From Acidimicrobiia bacterium (GTDB lineage Bacteria > Actinomycetota > Acidimicrobiia > Acidimicrobiales > Aldehydirespiratoraceae), in the NCBI GenBank assembly GCA_022820805.1, contig JAJEEV010000013.1, forward strand, positions 16,967 to 80,966: a DNA stretch of 64,000 nucleotides. The letters are read 5' to 3'. The notes under the pieces are model-generated. The model ran no database searches and was not told where the DNA came from. It saw only the letters and a list, made by a program, of their open reading frames with translations. A program made the position numbers and the translations under genes. Of the stretch, positions 26,015 through 36,158 are shown piece by piece. Each line of letters starts with the position of its first letter. The stretch's first letter is position 1.

Positions 26015-26854
26015 GTGACCGCCGAAGGGCCCTCGGGCGAGCAGTACACCCACGGCTACCACGAGGTGATCCTCGAGTTCTACCGGCAGCGAACGGCCGA
26101 GGCGTGCGCCGCCTTCCTGCTGCCCCACCTCCAGCCCGACGCCTCGCTGCTGGACATGGGTTGCGGCCCCGGCACCATCACCGTCGGGCTGGCCCGCCGG
26201 GTGGCGGCGGTCGTCGGCGTGGACACCTCGGCCGAGGTGGTCGAGTCGGCCCGCCGCCGGGCCCTCGACGAGGGCGTCGACAACGCCGACTTCGAGGTCG
26301 GCTCCGCCTACGACCTCCCGTTCGACGACGGCAGCTTCGACGTGGTGTATGCCCACCAGCTGATGCAGCACCTGTCGGACCCGGTCCGGGCGCTGCGAGA
26401 GGCCCGGAGGGTGCTGCGTCCCGGCGGTCTGGTGGCGGTGCGCGACTCCGACTACCAGACGATGGTCCACGCGCCGGTCGAGTCGGCCCTGCAGCACTGG
26501 CTGGGCCTGTACCACGAGGTGGCCGAGGCCAACGGCGGCGAGCCTCACGCCGGACGGTTCCTGCCCGGATGGGTGAGAGCCGCCGGCTTCGTGGATCCGG
26601 TGGTCACCGCCAGCACCACCACCTACGCCGACGCGGCCGGCCGCGAACTCTGGGGAGGCATGTGGTCCGTGCGGGTGACCGACAGCGACTTCGCCGAGCA
26701 CGCAGTGTCGGGCGGGCTGGCAATGCGAAGCGATCTGGTGGCGATCTCGGCCGCCTTCCAGCGCTGGGCCGACCACCCCAGCGGCTTCTGGGCCTGGCTC
26801 AACGGCGAGGTCGTCGCGGTCAAGCCGGAGTCAACGGCATTCTTCGATGACTGA
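26015..26854 (+). CDS. class I SAM-dependent methyltransferase
   Basis: LLDMGCGPGTIT motif I; FDVVYAHQLMQHL; LRPGGLVAV. Confidence 0.85.
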   Translation: MTAEGPSGEQYTHGYHEVILEFYRQRTAEACAAFLLPHLQPDASLLDMGCGPGTITVGLARRVAAVVGVDTSAEVVESARRRALDEGVDNADFEVGSAYDLPFDDGSFDVVYAHQLMQHLSDPVRALREARRVLRPGGLVAVRDSDYQTMVHAPVESALQHWLGLYHEVAEANGGEPHAGRFLPGWVRAAGFVDPVVTASTTTYADAAGRELWGGMWSVRVTDSDFAEHAVSGGLAMRSDLVAISAAFQRWADHPSGFWAWLNGEVVAVKPESTAFFDD

Positions 26855-27853
26855 CGCGAAACCGTCGATGGTCTCGGCGTAGCCCTCGGCCGCGGAGGGG
26901 CGCAGGACCGCGGCCAGGTTGAAGCTCGCGCTGGTGAAGCCCAGAGCGGTCACCTCGGAGACCTGCTCGGCGATCTCCGAAGGCGCCCCCGCCACCGCGT
27001 AGCGGCGGATCCAGTCCTCGGTGACCAGATCGAACAGCTCGGGCGGGTCGTAGCGGTCCAGGTCGAAGTACCAGCCGGTCGCCCGGTCGAGGGCGTCGTC
27101 TATGGCGGCCAGACGGTCGGGGTCCATCTCAGCAGGCCGGATGATGGCCAGGTAGTGGGCCACGTAGCGCACCACCGACCGGCGGGCCAGGTCGCCGTCG
27201 CCCGAGACGCACAGCGTGAGCCGCGGCGCGATGTCTATGTCGGCGACGTTCCGGCCCGCTAGCGCCGCGCCCTCGGCCAGCCAGCCGTGGTACTGCCGCG
27301 CGATCTCGGGGGTGAAGTGGCGGGCCCCGACCAGGGCGATGTCGGCCAGCTCACCGGCCAGTCTCATCACCTGCCGGCTGCGGGTCCCCACCGAGATCGG
27401 CACCGGCGTCTCGGGCGGGCGCACCAGCCGGCCACCGTCGATTGGGAACATCTCGCCGTCGAGGTCGACGGTCTCGCCCGCGAGCAGGCCCTGGATGCCC
27501 ACGATGGCCTCGCGCAGAGCCCGCACCGGCCTCGGATAGTCGATCCGCAGGTCCTCGAGTCCGGCGCCCACGCCGATGCCGAGGAACATGCGCCCACCCG
27601 AGAGCTCCTGGAGCGTGGCCACCGCGCCGGCGAGCATGGCCGGGTGGCGGGAGTACGGATTGGTGACCATCGAGCCGATGCGGATCCGGCTGGTGGCCTC
27701 CGCGATCAGCCCCTGTAGCACGAAGCAGTCGGGCCAGAACACCACGTCGGACACGCCGAAGCGGTCGAACCCGGCCCGCTCGCAGCGCACGGCCAGGTCC
27801 ACGAAGTCGCCCGGGCTCATGCCCGGGCTGATCTCCGCCTCCAGCGTGGTCAT
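26831..27853 (-). CDS. LLM-class (likely F420-dependent) oxidoreductase
   Basis: Internal ATG at 27853 (MTTLEAEISPG). GFDRFGVSDV...RIGSMVTNPYSRHPAMLAG...GRMFLGIGVG. Confidence 0.85.
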   Translation of the reverse strand: MTTLEAEISPGMSPGDFVDLAVRCERAGFDRFGVSDVVFWPDCFVLQGLIAEATSRIRIGSMVTNPYSRHPAMLAGAVATLQELSGGRMFLGIGVGAGLEDLRIDYPRPVRALREAIVGIQGLLAGETVDLDGEMFPIDGGRLVRPPETPVPISVGTRSRQVMRLAGELADIALVGARHFTPEIARQYHGWLAEGAALAGRNVADIDIAPRLTLCVSGDGDLARRSVVRYVAHYLAIIRPAEMDPDRLAAIDDALDRATGWYFDLDRYDPPELFDLVTEDWIRRYAVAGAPSEIAEQVSEVTALGFTSASFNLAAVLRPSAAEGYAETIDGFASVIEECR

Positions 27854-27953
27854 ACGGTTCCCCGCTTCGCTCTCCGCACGCCGGCCGACGATAATCGGCG
27901 GCGCTGCCGGGGGCCCATCGGGTCGCCGCGGGCTCGACCACGGACGGGAGTCG

Positions 27954-28667
27954 ATGATGGGTTCGATAAACGCAGGTGAACGGGTGGTGATGCTGTCGGG
28001 AGCCAACCGGGGCATCGGGTCCAAGATCGCGGCGCGGCTGGCCGCCGACGGCTACCGGCTCAGCCTCGGGGCCCGCCGCACGGACGCCCTGGCCGAGAGT
28101 GCTCCCGACGTCGGGCCCGACCGGATGATGCTCAACCACCATGAGGCCACCGACCTGGACTCGGCCCGTGGCTGGGTGGACGCGACCGTCGAGCGGTTCG
28201 GCCGGATCGACGTGCTCATCAACTGCGCCGGCATAGTCGACCGCACCGGGCTGGAGAGCATGTCAGAGGACGTGCTCGACGACATGTGGGCCGTGAACGT
28301 GAAGGGGCCGCTGCGGCTCATCCGGCTGGCTCTGCCCCATCTGCGGAAGTCGGGGTCGGGCCGGGTGGTCAACATTGCCTCGCTGTCGGCCAAGCGGGTC
28401 AAGGGCGACTCGATCGTGGGCTACTCCATGACCAAGTACGCGCTGCTGGCGCTGTCCCACGCCATACGCCAGATCGGCTGGGACGACGGCATCCGGGTGA
28501 CCGCGGTGTGCCCGGGCCCGGTGGCCACCGACATGATGGACCCCGACGACGACACCATCATCCAGCCCGAGGACGTGGCCGACCTGGTGGCCACCGTGAT
28601 CGCACTGCCCAACACCGCGTCGGTGTCGGAGCTGCTGGTCGGCTGCCGGATGGAGGCCTGGGCCTGA
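27954..28667 (+). CDS. SDR family oxidoreductase
   Basis: ATG at 27954 follows GGGAG. SGANRGIGSKIA; NIASLS...YSMTKYAL (YxxxK). Confidence 0.9.
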   Translation: MMGSINAGERVVMLSGANRGIGSKIAARLAADGYRLSLGARRTDALAESAPDVGPDRMMLNHHEATDLDSARGWVDATVERFGRIDVLINCAGIVDRTGLESMSEDVLDDMWAVNVKGPLRLIRLALPHLRKSGSGRVVNIASLSAKRVKGDSIVGYSMTKYALLALSHAIRQIGWDDGIRVTAVCPGPVATDMMDPDDDTIIQPEDVADLVATVIALPNTASVSELLVGCRMEAWA

Positions 28668-28692
28668 CCAGCGCCCGCTCGCGCGGCCACGT

Positions 28693-29982
28693 TCACTGCC
28701 GCGCTCGCAACTCGACCACGCAGGGGCCGGCCGCCCGGGCCACGCCGCCGATCTGGCCGGGGCGGGGCACCGGATCGGCGAACCTCGGCTCGAGGTCGTA
28801 ATCCCCGAACAGGCGCTCGACCACCCGCACCATCGCGGCCACCGAGAAGGGGCGGGCCGGGCAGGCATGGACCCCGTGGCCGAAGGTCGTGACCGACTCG
28901 GCGGGCAGGCCCGCGGGTGAGACCAGCGAGCGGCCCCGCCAGCGGTCGGGGTCGTAGCGGTCGAGCCCGGGGCCGCCCGACAGGTTGGTGAGCGGCAGGA
29001 ACGTCGCCAGCGTCGCACCCGGCGACACCTCGTAGGCACGCGACCCGTCGTCCACCGTCACCGGCGCCAGCACGGCGCGCAGCATGATCGACCGCTGACC
29101 GATGCGGGTGGACTCCAGCACGCAGCGCGACGCCAGGTCACGGTCGGCGCCGGCCGCGGCCCGCACCCGGGCCAGCACACCGGGATGCTGCACCAAGTGC
29201 ACCAGCGTCCATCCCAGCGCAGCGAACATGTTCGACATCGACGACAGGTGCACCAGGATCACGTCGCGGGCCACGCCGCTCAGCCGCTGGTCGGTCTCGC
29301 CGGTCCAGCGCTCGATGATGGTGCCCAGCAGGTCGTCGCCGGGCGAGGCACGGGCCGCGACCGACTCGGAGATGATCTCCTCGGCCTCGGCCATGGCCTC
29401 GTACTCGCAGGCCTTCTTCGACCGGGCCACCTCTCGCATCCGGTCGGGCGCCACGAATGCCTCGGCACCGTCGAGCGCGTCCAGGGCGGCGACCAGCTCC
29501 TCGATACGGGGCGAGTCCAGCATCTCCCTGCCGGCCCAGCTGGCCAGGCCCATGCTGTGCCCGAGCCGGCGGGTGAAGTCGAATATTTCGACCTCGTCGC
29601 CGGGGCTCAACCCGTCGAGGTGCCGCGAGATCGCGTCCTCCAGCGCCTCCAGGTATGCCTGGGTGTCGGAGCGCCCGAACAGCTCGTGGGGCAGGGTCCG
29701 GCGGCCCTCGAACAGCTCCTGGGGCAGCTTGCGGATCAGCATCTTCCAGTCGGCCACGCCCTTGCTGGCCGTCTGCTCGGGCACCGCGTAGAACTCCTGG
29801 AGACCCCGGGGCGAGAACAGGAACAGGTAGCGGTCCCTGCCGCTGTCGATCACGAACGTGTCCCCGCACGCGGCCCGGGCCGCGCCGATGGCCGCCACCG
29901 TGTCGCTCACCGGGCCGTCCCAGGGCATCACACCGTCGGCCGCCGGCGGCATCGGCTCGATCAGCGGCATCGGCCTGTCCAT
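28693..29982 (-). CDS. cytochrome P450
   Basis: Heme-binding FGHGVHACPARPF; ExxR (ESTR). Confidence 0.9.
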   Translation of the reverse strand: MDRPMPLIEPMPPAADGVMPWDGPVSDTVAAIGAARAACGDTFVIDSGRDRYLFLFSPRGLQEFYAVPEQTASKGVADWKMLIRKLPQELFEGRRTLPHELFGRSDTQAYLEALEDAISRHLDGLSPGDEVEIFDFTRRLGHSMGLASWAGREMLDSPRIEELVAALDALDGAEAFVAPDRMREVARSKKACEYEAMAEAEEIISESVAARASPGDDLLGTIIERWTGETDQRLSGVARDVILVHLSSMSNMFAALGWTLVHLVQHPGVLARVRAAAGADRDLASRCVLESTRIGQRSIMLRAVLAPVTVDDGSRAYEVSPGATLATFLPLTNLSGGPGLDRYDPDRWRGRSLVSPAGLPAESVTTFGHGVHACPARPFSVAAMVRVVERLFGDYDLEPRFADPVPRPGQIGGVARAAGPCVVELRARQ

Positions 29983-30062
29983 GCTCCAACGTCCCCCTCA
30001 GCCGTTCGTGTCGCCGTTGCTCAGCTCCTGCCGACTGGAGGCCTGGACCCTACCCAGCCCGC

Positions 30063-30434
30063 TCAGTACAGCGGGATCTCCTCGTTGGGGATCAGGCGCT
30101 CCCCCTTGGGGTCCACGAGTAGGCGGAGGCCCTCCAGGGCGTAGGCGCCGAGCAAGATGGGAGCCCCGTCCTCGTTGAAGGAGACCAACGTGGGTGCTCT
30201 GTTGCCGTCGATGGCGATGAACGCCGGACCGAGCTCGACGTCGACGATCTGCCCGTCCGCCAGCCGCATCCGGCATTCCTGTTCCGGCTCGATCCCCAGC
30301 TCACTCAGCAGCCGGGCCGGCATGGCGCTGTAGAAGGCGCCAGTGTCGACCGTCGCCTCGACTACTGCTGTTCGTTGGCCGTCAAGACTGGAGATCGTCA
30401 CCGGGCATGTGAACGTGCTCATATCAGATGCCAA
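30063..30434 (-). CDS. stand-alone retropepsin-like (clan AA) aspartic protease
   Basis: 123 aa with a single VDTGA active-site motif, no signal peptide and no TM segment. AT-rich leader with AGAGGAG RBS. Confidence 0.7.
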   Translation of the reverse strand: MASDMSTFTCPVTISSLDGQRTAVVEATVDTGAFYSAMPARLLSELGIEPEQECRMRLADGQIVDVELGPAFIAIDGNRAPTLVSFNEDGAPILLGAYALEGLRLLVDPKGERLIPNEEIPLY

Positions 30435-30493
30435 CTCCTCTGAGGCCGTCCTTCAATCACTCGGTGGCGACTTTAGCACATTATCAATCATAT

Positions 30494-31957
30494 TCAAACC
30501 GTTTCATGCCAGAGGCCCTCGCGCTCTAGGCCGGCCATCACCTCCTCGATGCCGGCCCGCAGCGTGTCGACCAGCCAGTCGATCTGCTCGGTGGTGAGGA
30601 TCAGCGGCGGCGACAGCACGTTGAACCGCCCGATGGGACGCACCAGCAGGCCCCGGGCGTCGCAGGCGTCGGAGATGCGCCGGCCGATCTCCACCTCCGG
30701 GGCGAACATGTCCCTAGTGGCCTTATCGGCCACGTTCTCCAGGCACATCATGAAGCACTTGCCGCGGACGTCCCCCACGATCGGCAAGTCGGCGAGGGTG
30801 CGCAGGCGCTCCTCGAAGTAGGGGCCGACCGTGCGCACATGGCCGCAGATGTCCTCGCGCTCGAAGATCTCGATGTTGGCCAGCGCGGCCGCGCACGACA
30901 CCGGATGCCCCGAGTACGTGTAGCCGTGGGCGAACTCGGCGCCCGGTGCCTGCGGCACGGAGATCACGTCGTAGATCTCATCGGACAGCAGGGTTGCCGA
31001 CAGGGGCGCATAGCCCGAGGTGAGGCCCTTCGCGGTGTTGATGATGTCGGGCTGGATGTCGAAGACATCCTTGCTGGCAAAGAAGTGCCCGAGCCGCCCG
31101 AAGGCGGTCACCACCTCGTCGGACACGTAGAGGATCTCGAACTCCCGGCAGGCCTCGCGCATCCTCGGCAGGTAGCCGGGCGGGGGCACCAGCACGCCGC
31201 CGGCCCCCATGATGGGCTCGGCGAAGAAGGCGGCCACGTTCTCGGGGCCGATCTCCTCCACCTTGGCCCTGAACTCGGCCACGAGGTGGTCGGTGTACTC
31301 CTCGGGCGTCATGCCCTCGGATCGTCGGTAGAGGTCGGGACCCTCCACCCGGTGGATCAGCGGCTCGCCGATGATGTCGAAGCCGATGTGGTCGTAGGCC
31401 ACCCCGGTGAGCGACATGGCCAGGTAGCTGGAGCCGTGGTAGCCGTTGACCCGGGTGATGATGGTCTTCTTGTTGGGCTGGTCGAGACGGTTGAAGTAGA
31501 AGTGGATCATCCGCACCGCGGTGTCGTTGGCGTCGGATCCCGACAGGCCGAAGAAGGCGTGGTTGAGGTTCCCGGGTGCCAGCGACGTCAGCTTGTGGGC
31601 CAGGGTGGCCCCCGGCACCGACGTGGTGTTGGTGAACGGCGAGTAGTAGGCCAGTTTGCGGGCCTGCTCGGCCATGGCGTCGGCGATCTCGGCCCGGCCG
31701 TAGCCGGCGTTGACGCACCACAGCCCGCCCTGGGCGTCGAGGTAGCGCCGGCCGTCGGAGTCGTAGACGTAGGCGCCCTCGGACTCGGCCATCACGAGCG
31801 CGCCCTCCGACTGCCACACCGCGAAGTCGGTGAAGGGGTGGATGTAGTGGTCGACGTCCTTGCGCCACAGGTCGGCGGTGTCGTAGGCGTCGAAGCGGCT
31901 CGGAGCGGCCTGCACCACCGCGGGCACGCTGTCTCCGGTGAACACGGTGTCGGTCAT
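30494..31957 (-). CDS. class III (omega) aminotransferase
   Basis: Internal ATG at 31957 follows GGGAGGAG. SGSDANDTAV, DEVVTAFGRLG. Confidence 0.9.
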   Translation of the reverse strand: MTDTVFTGDSVPAVVQAAPSRFDAYDTADLWRKDVDHYIHPFTDFAVWQSEGALVMAESEGAYVYDSDGRRYLDAQGGLWCVNAGYGRAEIADAMAEQARKLAYYSPFTNTTSVPGATLAHKLTSLAPGNLNHAFFGLSGSDANDTAVRMIHFYFNRLDQPNKKTIITRVNGYHGSSYLAMSLTGVAYDHIGFDIIGEPLIHRVEGPDLYRRSEGMTPEEYTDHLVAEFRAKVEEIGPENVAAFFAEPIMGAGGVLVPPPGYLPRMREACREFEILYVSDEVVTAFGRLGHFFASKDVFDIQPDIINTAKGLTSGYAPLSATLLSDEIYDVISVPQAPGAEFAHGYTYSGHPVSCAAALANIEIFEREDICGHVRTVGPYFEERLRTLADLPIVGDVRGKCFMMCLENVADKATRDMFAPEVEIGRRISDACDARGLLVRPIGRFNVLSPPLILTTEQIDWLVDTLRAGIEEVMAGLEREGLWHETV

Positions 31958-32030
31958 GGCTCTCCTCCCAAGCTGCTGGCTCCGCCGCCGGACGCTAGCG
32001 CAGGCAGCTGGCGGCAGCGCCCACAACGGG

Positions 32031-32957
32031 TCAGAGGGCGGCGGCTACCTCGGTCATGAAGCGTTCGGCGATCTCGGGGGCCTGCTCGGGCCGCAGGTTG
32101 AAATCGGGGATGATCAACTCGTCGGTGCCGGCGGCGGCATAGGCGGCCACCTGCTCCACGAGCTGGGCCGGCGTGCCCACCAGCACGGGCCTTCCCGCTG
32201 ACCGCTCCTGGCGGCGGGCCGCGTCGGCCTCGGAGTCGCACAGGTTCAGGATCACCGCGGCGGAGCGGGCGATAGTGGCCGGATCGCGTCCGGCAGCGTC
32301 GCAGAGCCGGTTGATGAGCGCGTTGAAGTGGCCCATGTCGGCGACAGTGCACCAGCCGTTCCACTCGTGGCCCCAGCGCACCAGGGTAGGGATGGTGCGA
32401 CGCTCGCCCCGGCCGCCGATCATGATCGGCAGCGGGTCCTGCAGCGGCTTGGGCACCAGCGGCGCGCCCTGCAGCCGGTAGTGGGCGCCGTCGAAGTCGG
32501 TGCGCTCGTTGGCGAACAGGCCGGCGATAACCGCGCAGGCCTCGTCCAGCCGGTCGGCCCGATCCCGGACCGTGCCGTAGGTGATGCCGTAGCGGCGGTG
32601 CTCGTTCTCCTGCCATCCGGCGCCCAGACCGAGCACTAGCCGCCCGCCGCTGATGTGGTCGACGGTGGCGGCCTGCTTGGCCAGCACCGCGGGATGGCGG
32701 TAGGTGTTGCCGGTCACCATGGCGCCGAGACGCACCCGGGGTACCGCCGCAGCCAGCCCGGCCAGCAGGGTCCAGCATTCGTGGTTGATCAGCAGCTCGG
32801 GATCCACGCCATCAGGCTCGTGCCCGTATCCCCCCTCGGGCGGCATGAAGTGGTCGGGCACCCACACGCCGTCCCAGCCGCTGGCCTCCGCGGCCCGGCT
32901 CACCGCCAGGATGTGCTCCCACTCGCTGCCGCTCGAGGCCCAGAATCCGAATCGCAT
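32031..32957 (-). CDS. LLM-class F420-dependent oxidoreductase
   Basis: Internal ATG at 32957 follows GAGGGAG. GWDGVWVPDHF...RLGAMVTGNTYRHPAVLAK...GRLVLGLGAGW. Confidence 0.85.
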   Translation of the reverse strand: MRFGFWASSGSEWEHILAVSRAAEASGWDGVWVPDHFMPPEGGYGHEPDGVDPELLINHECWTLLAGLAAAVPRVRLGAMVTGNTYRHPAVLAKQAATVDHISGGRLVLGLGAGWQENEHRRYGITYGTVRDRADRLDEACAVIAGLFANERTDFDGAHYRLQGAPLVPKPLQDPLPIMIGGRGERRTIPTLVRWGHEWNGWCTVADMGHFNALINRLCDAAGRDPATIARSAAVILNLCDSEADAARRQERSAGRPVLVGTPAQLVEQVAAYAAAGTDELIIPDFNLRPEQAPEIAERFMTEVAAAL

Positions 32958-32979
32958 CGTCCGACTCCCTCTCCGGCCG

Positions 32980-33342
32980 CTAGTGGCCGACCACTTCGAA
33001 CAGGATGATCCTGAGGCCGTCGGGTCCGGCCACCTCGAAGCTCTTGTGACCCCACGGTTGCAGTTCGACCGGACGCACGATCTCGGCGCCGGCGGAGGCC
33101 AGCCGGGCATGTTCGGCGTCGGCGTCGTCGATCTCCCACGACACCGACACGCCCGACACTCCGGGCGCGTCCCATCCGCCCCCGTCCTCGATGACCTCGA
33201 TGCGGCCGGCGGCGGCGAGCAGGATCGTCCCCCTGAAGATCTCGCCGAAGGACCGCTCCACCTCCAGCCCCATCACGTCGGAGAAGAACTCCACCGTGGC
33301 GTCGTAGTCGTTGGCGACGAAGATGACCCTGAACTCACCCAT
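32980..33342 (-). CDS. VOC family protein
   Basis: 120 aa. ATVEFFSDVMGLE...PWGHKSFEVAGPDGLRIILFE. Confidence 0.8.
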   Translation of the reverse strand: MGEFRVIFVANDYDATVEFFSDVMGLEVERSFGEIFRGTILLAAAGRIEVIEDGGGWDAPGVSGVSVSWEIDDADAEHARLASAGAEIVRPVELQPWGHKSFEVAGPDGLRIILFEVVGH

Positions 33343-33416
33343 GGCCCGACCCTACCGCTCTCGAACTGCCGCCAACCCGCTCGGCCTCTCGTGCGGGCAG
33401 CCTCTAACTTGGCTCC

Positions 33417-34697
33417 GTGGAGGACGTGAAGACGGACGACGGGCTGCTGCGCTCCGAGGACTGGCTCGCGGTGTGGATGGGCGCCGCCATCATCGCGCTG
33501 GTCCTGGCCGGCGTCCGACCGGAGGGCGCCGGCCTGTCCTGCAGCGACGGGCTGAGCGGGCTGTTCGCCCCCGGCCGGCTGGCGACCACCGTCGGGGTGG
33601 GCGCCGCCGTGGGAGTGCTGTGCCTGATCGGAGTCCGGCTGATGGACGGCTCGGCCCGCGGCTTCGCGGCAGGATTCGCCGGACTGTTCGCGCTGGCCTG
33701 GGCGGCCCGGGCGGTGGCGTGCGACTCTGCCCTGAGCGACCGAGGCGTCAACTACGCCATCACCGCGCTGGTGCTGGGCCTGTTCATCTCCAACGTGGTC
33801 GGGGTGCCCGGCTGGCTCCGGGCCGCCATGCGCACCGAGTACTACATCAAGGCCGGGCTGGTGATCCTGGGATCGAGCGTGCTGTTCGGCCGGGTGCTGG
33901 AGGCCGGCATGTACGGCATGGTGCAGGCGGCCGCAGTGATCGCGGTGATCTGGTACCTGTGCTTCTGGCTCTCCCGCAAGCTCCGGGTGGACGAGGAGTT
34001 CTCGGCCATGATGGCCACCGCGGTGTCGATCTGCGGCGTGTCGGCCGCGATCGCGGCCTGCGGAGCCATCTCCGGGGATCGCAAGAAGCTCTCGTACGTG
34101 ACCTCGCTGGTGCTGGTGGTGGCCGCGCCGATGATGATCGTGATGCCCCTAGCGGTGGACTGGCTCGGGCTCTCCGACATCGTCGGCGGAGCCTGGATCG
34201 GCGGCACCATCGACACCACCGGCGCGGTGGTGGTGGCCGGCGAGAGCATCGGCGACTCGGCCACCAACGCGGCGACCATCGTGAAGCTCTCCCAGAACGC
34301 CCTGCTCGGGTTGGCCGCCTTCGGGTTGTCGGTCTGGTGGACCGTGAGGGGCGGCGGCGCCGGAGCGGACACGCCCGAGGTGTCGGCGTCGGTGATCTGG
34401 GAGCGGTTCCCCAAGTTCGTCCTGGGCTTCCTGGCGACGTCGCTGCTGTTCTCCTTCGGGCTCGGCGACGGGCTAGTGGACGCCACGTCGGGTGTGCTGA
34501 AGGGCCTGAGGACCTGGTTGTTCGCGCTGGCGTTCGTGTGCATCGGCCTGGAGACCCGGCTGCGCGACCTGCTGTCGATGCAGGGCGGCCGGCCCGCGAT
34601 CGCCTTCGTGGTGGCGCAGGCCGCCAACGTGGCTTGGACGCTGCTGCTGGCCTGGCTGCTGTTCGGCGGCGCCGTCTTCAGCGTGCCCGACCTGTAG
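33417..34697 (+). CDS. YeiH/UPF0324-type membrane protein (putative sulfate-exporter family)
   Basis: Polytopic membrane protein. YYIKAGLVILGSSV...AVSICGVSAAIA...GGTIDTTGAVV. Confidence 0.7.
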   Translation: MEDVKTDDGLLRSEDWLAVWMGAAIIALVLAGVRPEGAGLSCSDGLSGLFAPGRLATTVGVGAAVGVLCLIGVRLMDGSARGFAAGFAGLFALAWAARAVACDSALSDRGVNYAITALVLGLFISNVVGVPGWLRAAMRTEYYIKAGLVILGSSVLFGRVLEAGMYGMVQAAAVIAVIWYLCFWLSRKLRVDEEFSAMMATAVSICGVSAAIAACGAISGDRKKLSYVTSLVLVVAAPMMIVMPLAVDWLGLSDIVGGAWIGGTIDTTGAVVVAGESIGDSATNAATIVKLSQNALLGLAAFGLSVWWTVRGGGAGADTPEVSASVIWERFPKFVLGFLATSLLFSFGLGDGLVDATSGVLKGLRTWLFALAFVCIGLETRLRDLLSMQGGRPAIAFVVAQAANVAWTLLLAWLLFGGAVFSVPDL

Positions 34698-34729
34698 CAA
34701 GCCGGCCGTCAGGCCGGCCGGCTCCCCGG

Positions 34730-36124
34730 CTAGAGCGTCGGGTACTTGGCCTTGTCGGGCAGGCCGGAGCGGGCGGTGATGGCCTCGCCCGCGGCCTGGC
34801 AGCGGGCGTAGAAGGTGTCCTCGTCGATGGTTGTCATCCGGCCGGCGTCGACCACCTTGGCCCCGTCCACGAACACGGTGTGCACGCCCCGGCCGTCGGC
34901 CGACCACACCAGCTGGTTCATCACGTTGAGCAGGGGGCGCCATTCGGGCCGGTCGGTGTCGTGCAGCACCACGTCGGCCTTCTTGCCCGCCTCCAGCGAG
35001 CCGATCTCGTCGGACATCAGCATCGTGCGGGCGCCGCCCAGGGTGGCCATCTCGTAGGCCTTCTCGGCCGGGAACATCTGGGGGTCCATGCGGGCGTCCT
35101 TGAACAGTCCGGCCACCAGGTACGTGGCCCGGTGCATGTCGGCGTAGTTGGAGGCGTTGTTGCCGTCGATGCCGATGCTCACGTTGATGCCCCGCATCAC
35201 CATCTCGGGGATCTTGCCGATCTGGGTGACGCCGTAGCTGACCTTGAGCGCGGTGGTCGGGCAGTGCTCCACCGAGCAGCCGGCCGCGGCCATCACGTCG
35301 AGCTCGTTGTCGTCGACCTGCACGCAGTGGGTCATGGAGGTGTCGGCGCCGAGCACGCCCAGCTCGCCGAGATGGATCATGGGACGCTGCCCGAACTCGG
35401 CGATGAACCCGTCGGGGTCGAGCTTGGCCGGGCTCATGTGGAAGTTGAGGCCCACCCCGTGGTGGTCGGCGGCCTCCCGGGCGGCCTGCCACAGCGGATC
35501 GGAGCAGGTGGTGTGGCCCACCACCATCGACCACGCCTCCAGGCGGCCGCCGGCAGTGCCCCGGTAGCGGTCGATGGTGTCGTTGATGTTGGCGATGGCG
35601 GTGTCGGTGCTCTGGCGGTACACGTCGGGCTCGGGCGGCAGGTCCCACACCCATTTGCCGATGCGGCCCCGTATGCCTGCTTCGACCAGCCCGTCCATCA
35701 CCTCGTCGGTGAAGCGGATGGTGCCCGCCTCCAGGAACGCGGTGGTGCCCGACTTGAGCATCTCGACCGCGGCCAGCTGGGCCGACAAGCGCTCCTCCTC
35801 GGGCGTGTACACCGAGTAGAGGGGGCACAGCCACATGAACACGTTCTCCTCGAAGGGCGTGTCGTCGGGCACGTAGCCGCGGGTGAGGGGCTCGCCGGTG
35901 ACGTGGATGTGGGTGTTGATCAGGCCGGGGGTGACCACGAACCGGTCGCCGCCGACGGTCTCGGTGGCGTCGTAGGCCGCCTCCAGGTCCGAGGCCTTGC
36001 CGACGGCCACGATCTCGCGGCCCCGTATAGCCACCGCGCCGTGGCGGATGATGTCGCGGGTCGGGTTCATGGTCACCACGTACCAGCCCTTGATCAGGGT
36101 GTCGATGCGCTCTCGCTCGCTCAT
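34730..36124 (-). CDS. amidohydrolase superfamily (ATZ/TRZ, deaminase-like), copy 1
   Basis: VTPGLINTHIHV metal-binding HxH. Paralog of 47739..49160. Confidence 0.85.
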   Translation of the reverse strand: MSERERIDTLIKGWYVVTMNPTRDIIRHGAVAIRGREIVAVGKASDLEAAYDATETVGGDRFVVTPGLINTHIHVTGEPLTRGYVPDDTPFEENVFMWLCPLYSVYTPEEERLSAQLAAVEMLKSGTTAFLEAGTIRFTDEVMDGLVEAGIRGRIGKWVWDLPPEPDVYRQSTDTAIANINDTIDRYRGTAGGRLEAWSMVVGHTTCSDPLWQAAREAADHHGVGLNFHMSPAKLDPDGFIAEFGQRPMIHLGELGVLGADTSMTHCVQVDDNELDVMAAAGCSVEHCPTTALKVSYGVTQIGKIPEMVMRGINVSIGIDGNNASNYADMHRATYLVAGLFKDARMDPQMFPAEKAYEMATLGGARTMLMSDEIGSLEAGKKADVVLHDTDRPEWRPLLNVMNQLVWSADGRGVHTVFVDGAKVVDAGRMTTIDEDTFYARCQAAGEAITARSGLPDKAKYPTL

Positions 36125-36158
36125 GGGTGCCTCCCTGCCGGCGGCGTCGGGTTGGGGT

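Noticed and set aside
26831-26854. 24-nt convergent overlap of the methyltransferase and LLM genes (and the 8-nt overlap at 50365..50372)
   Set aside because: Short 3'-3' overlaps are common in compact high-GC genomes, and nothing else is unusual here.
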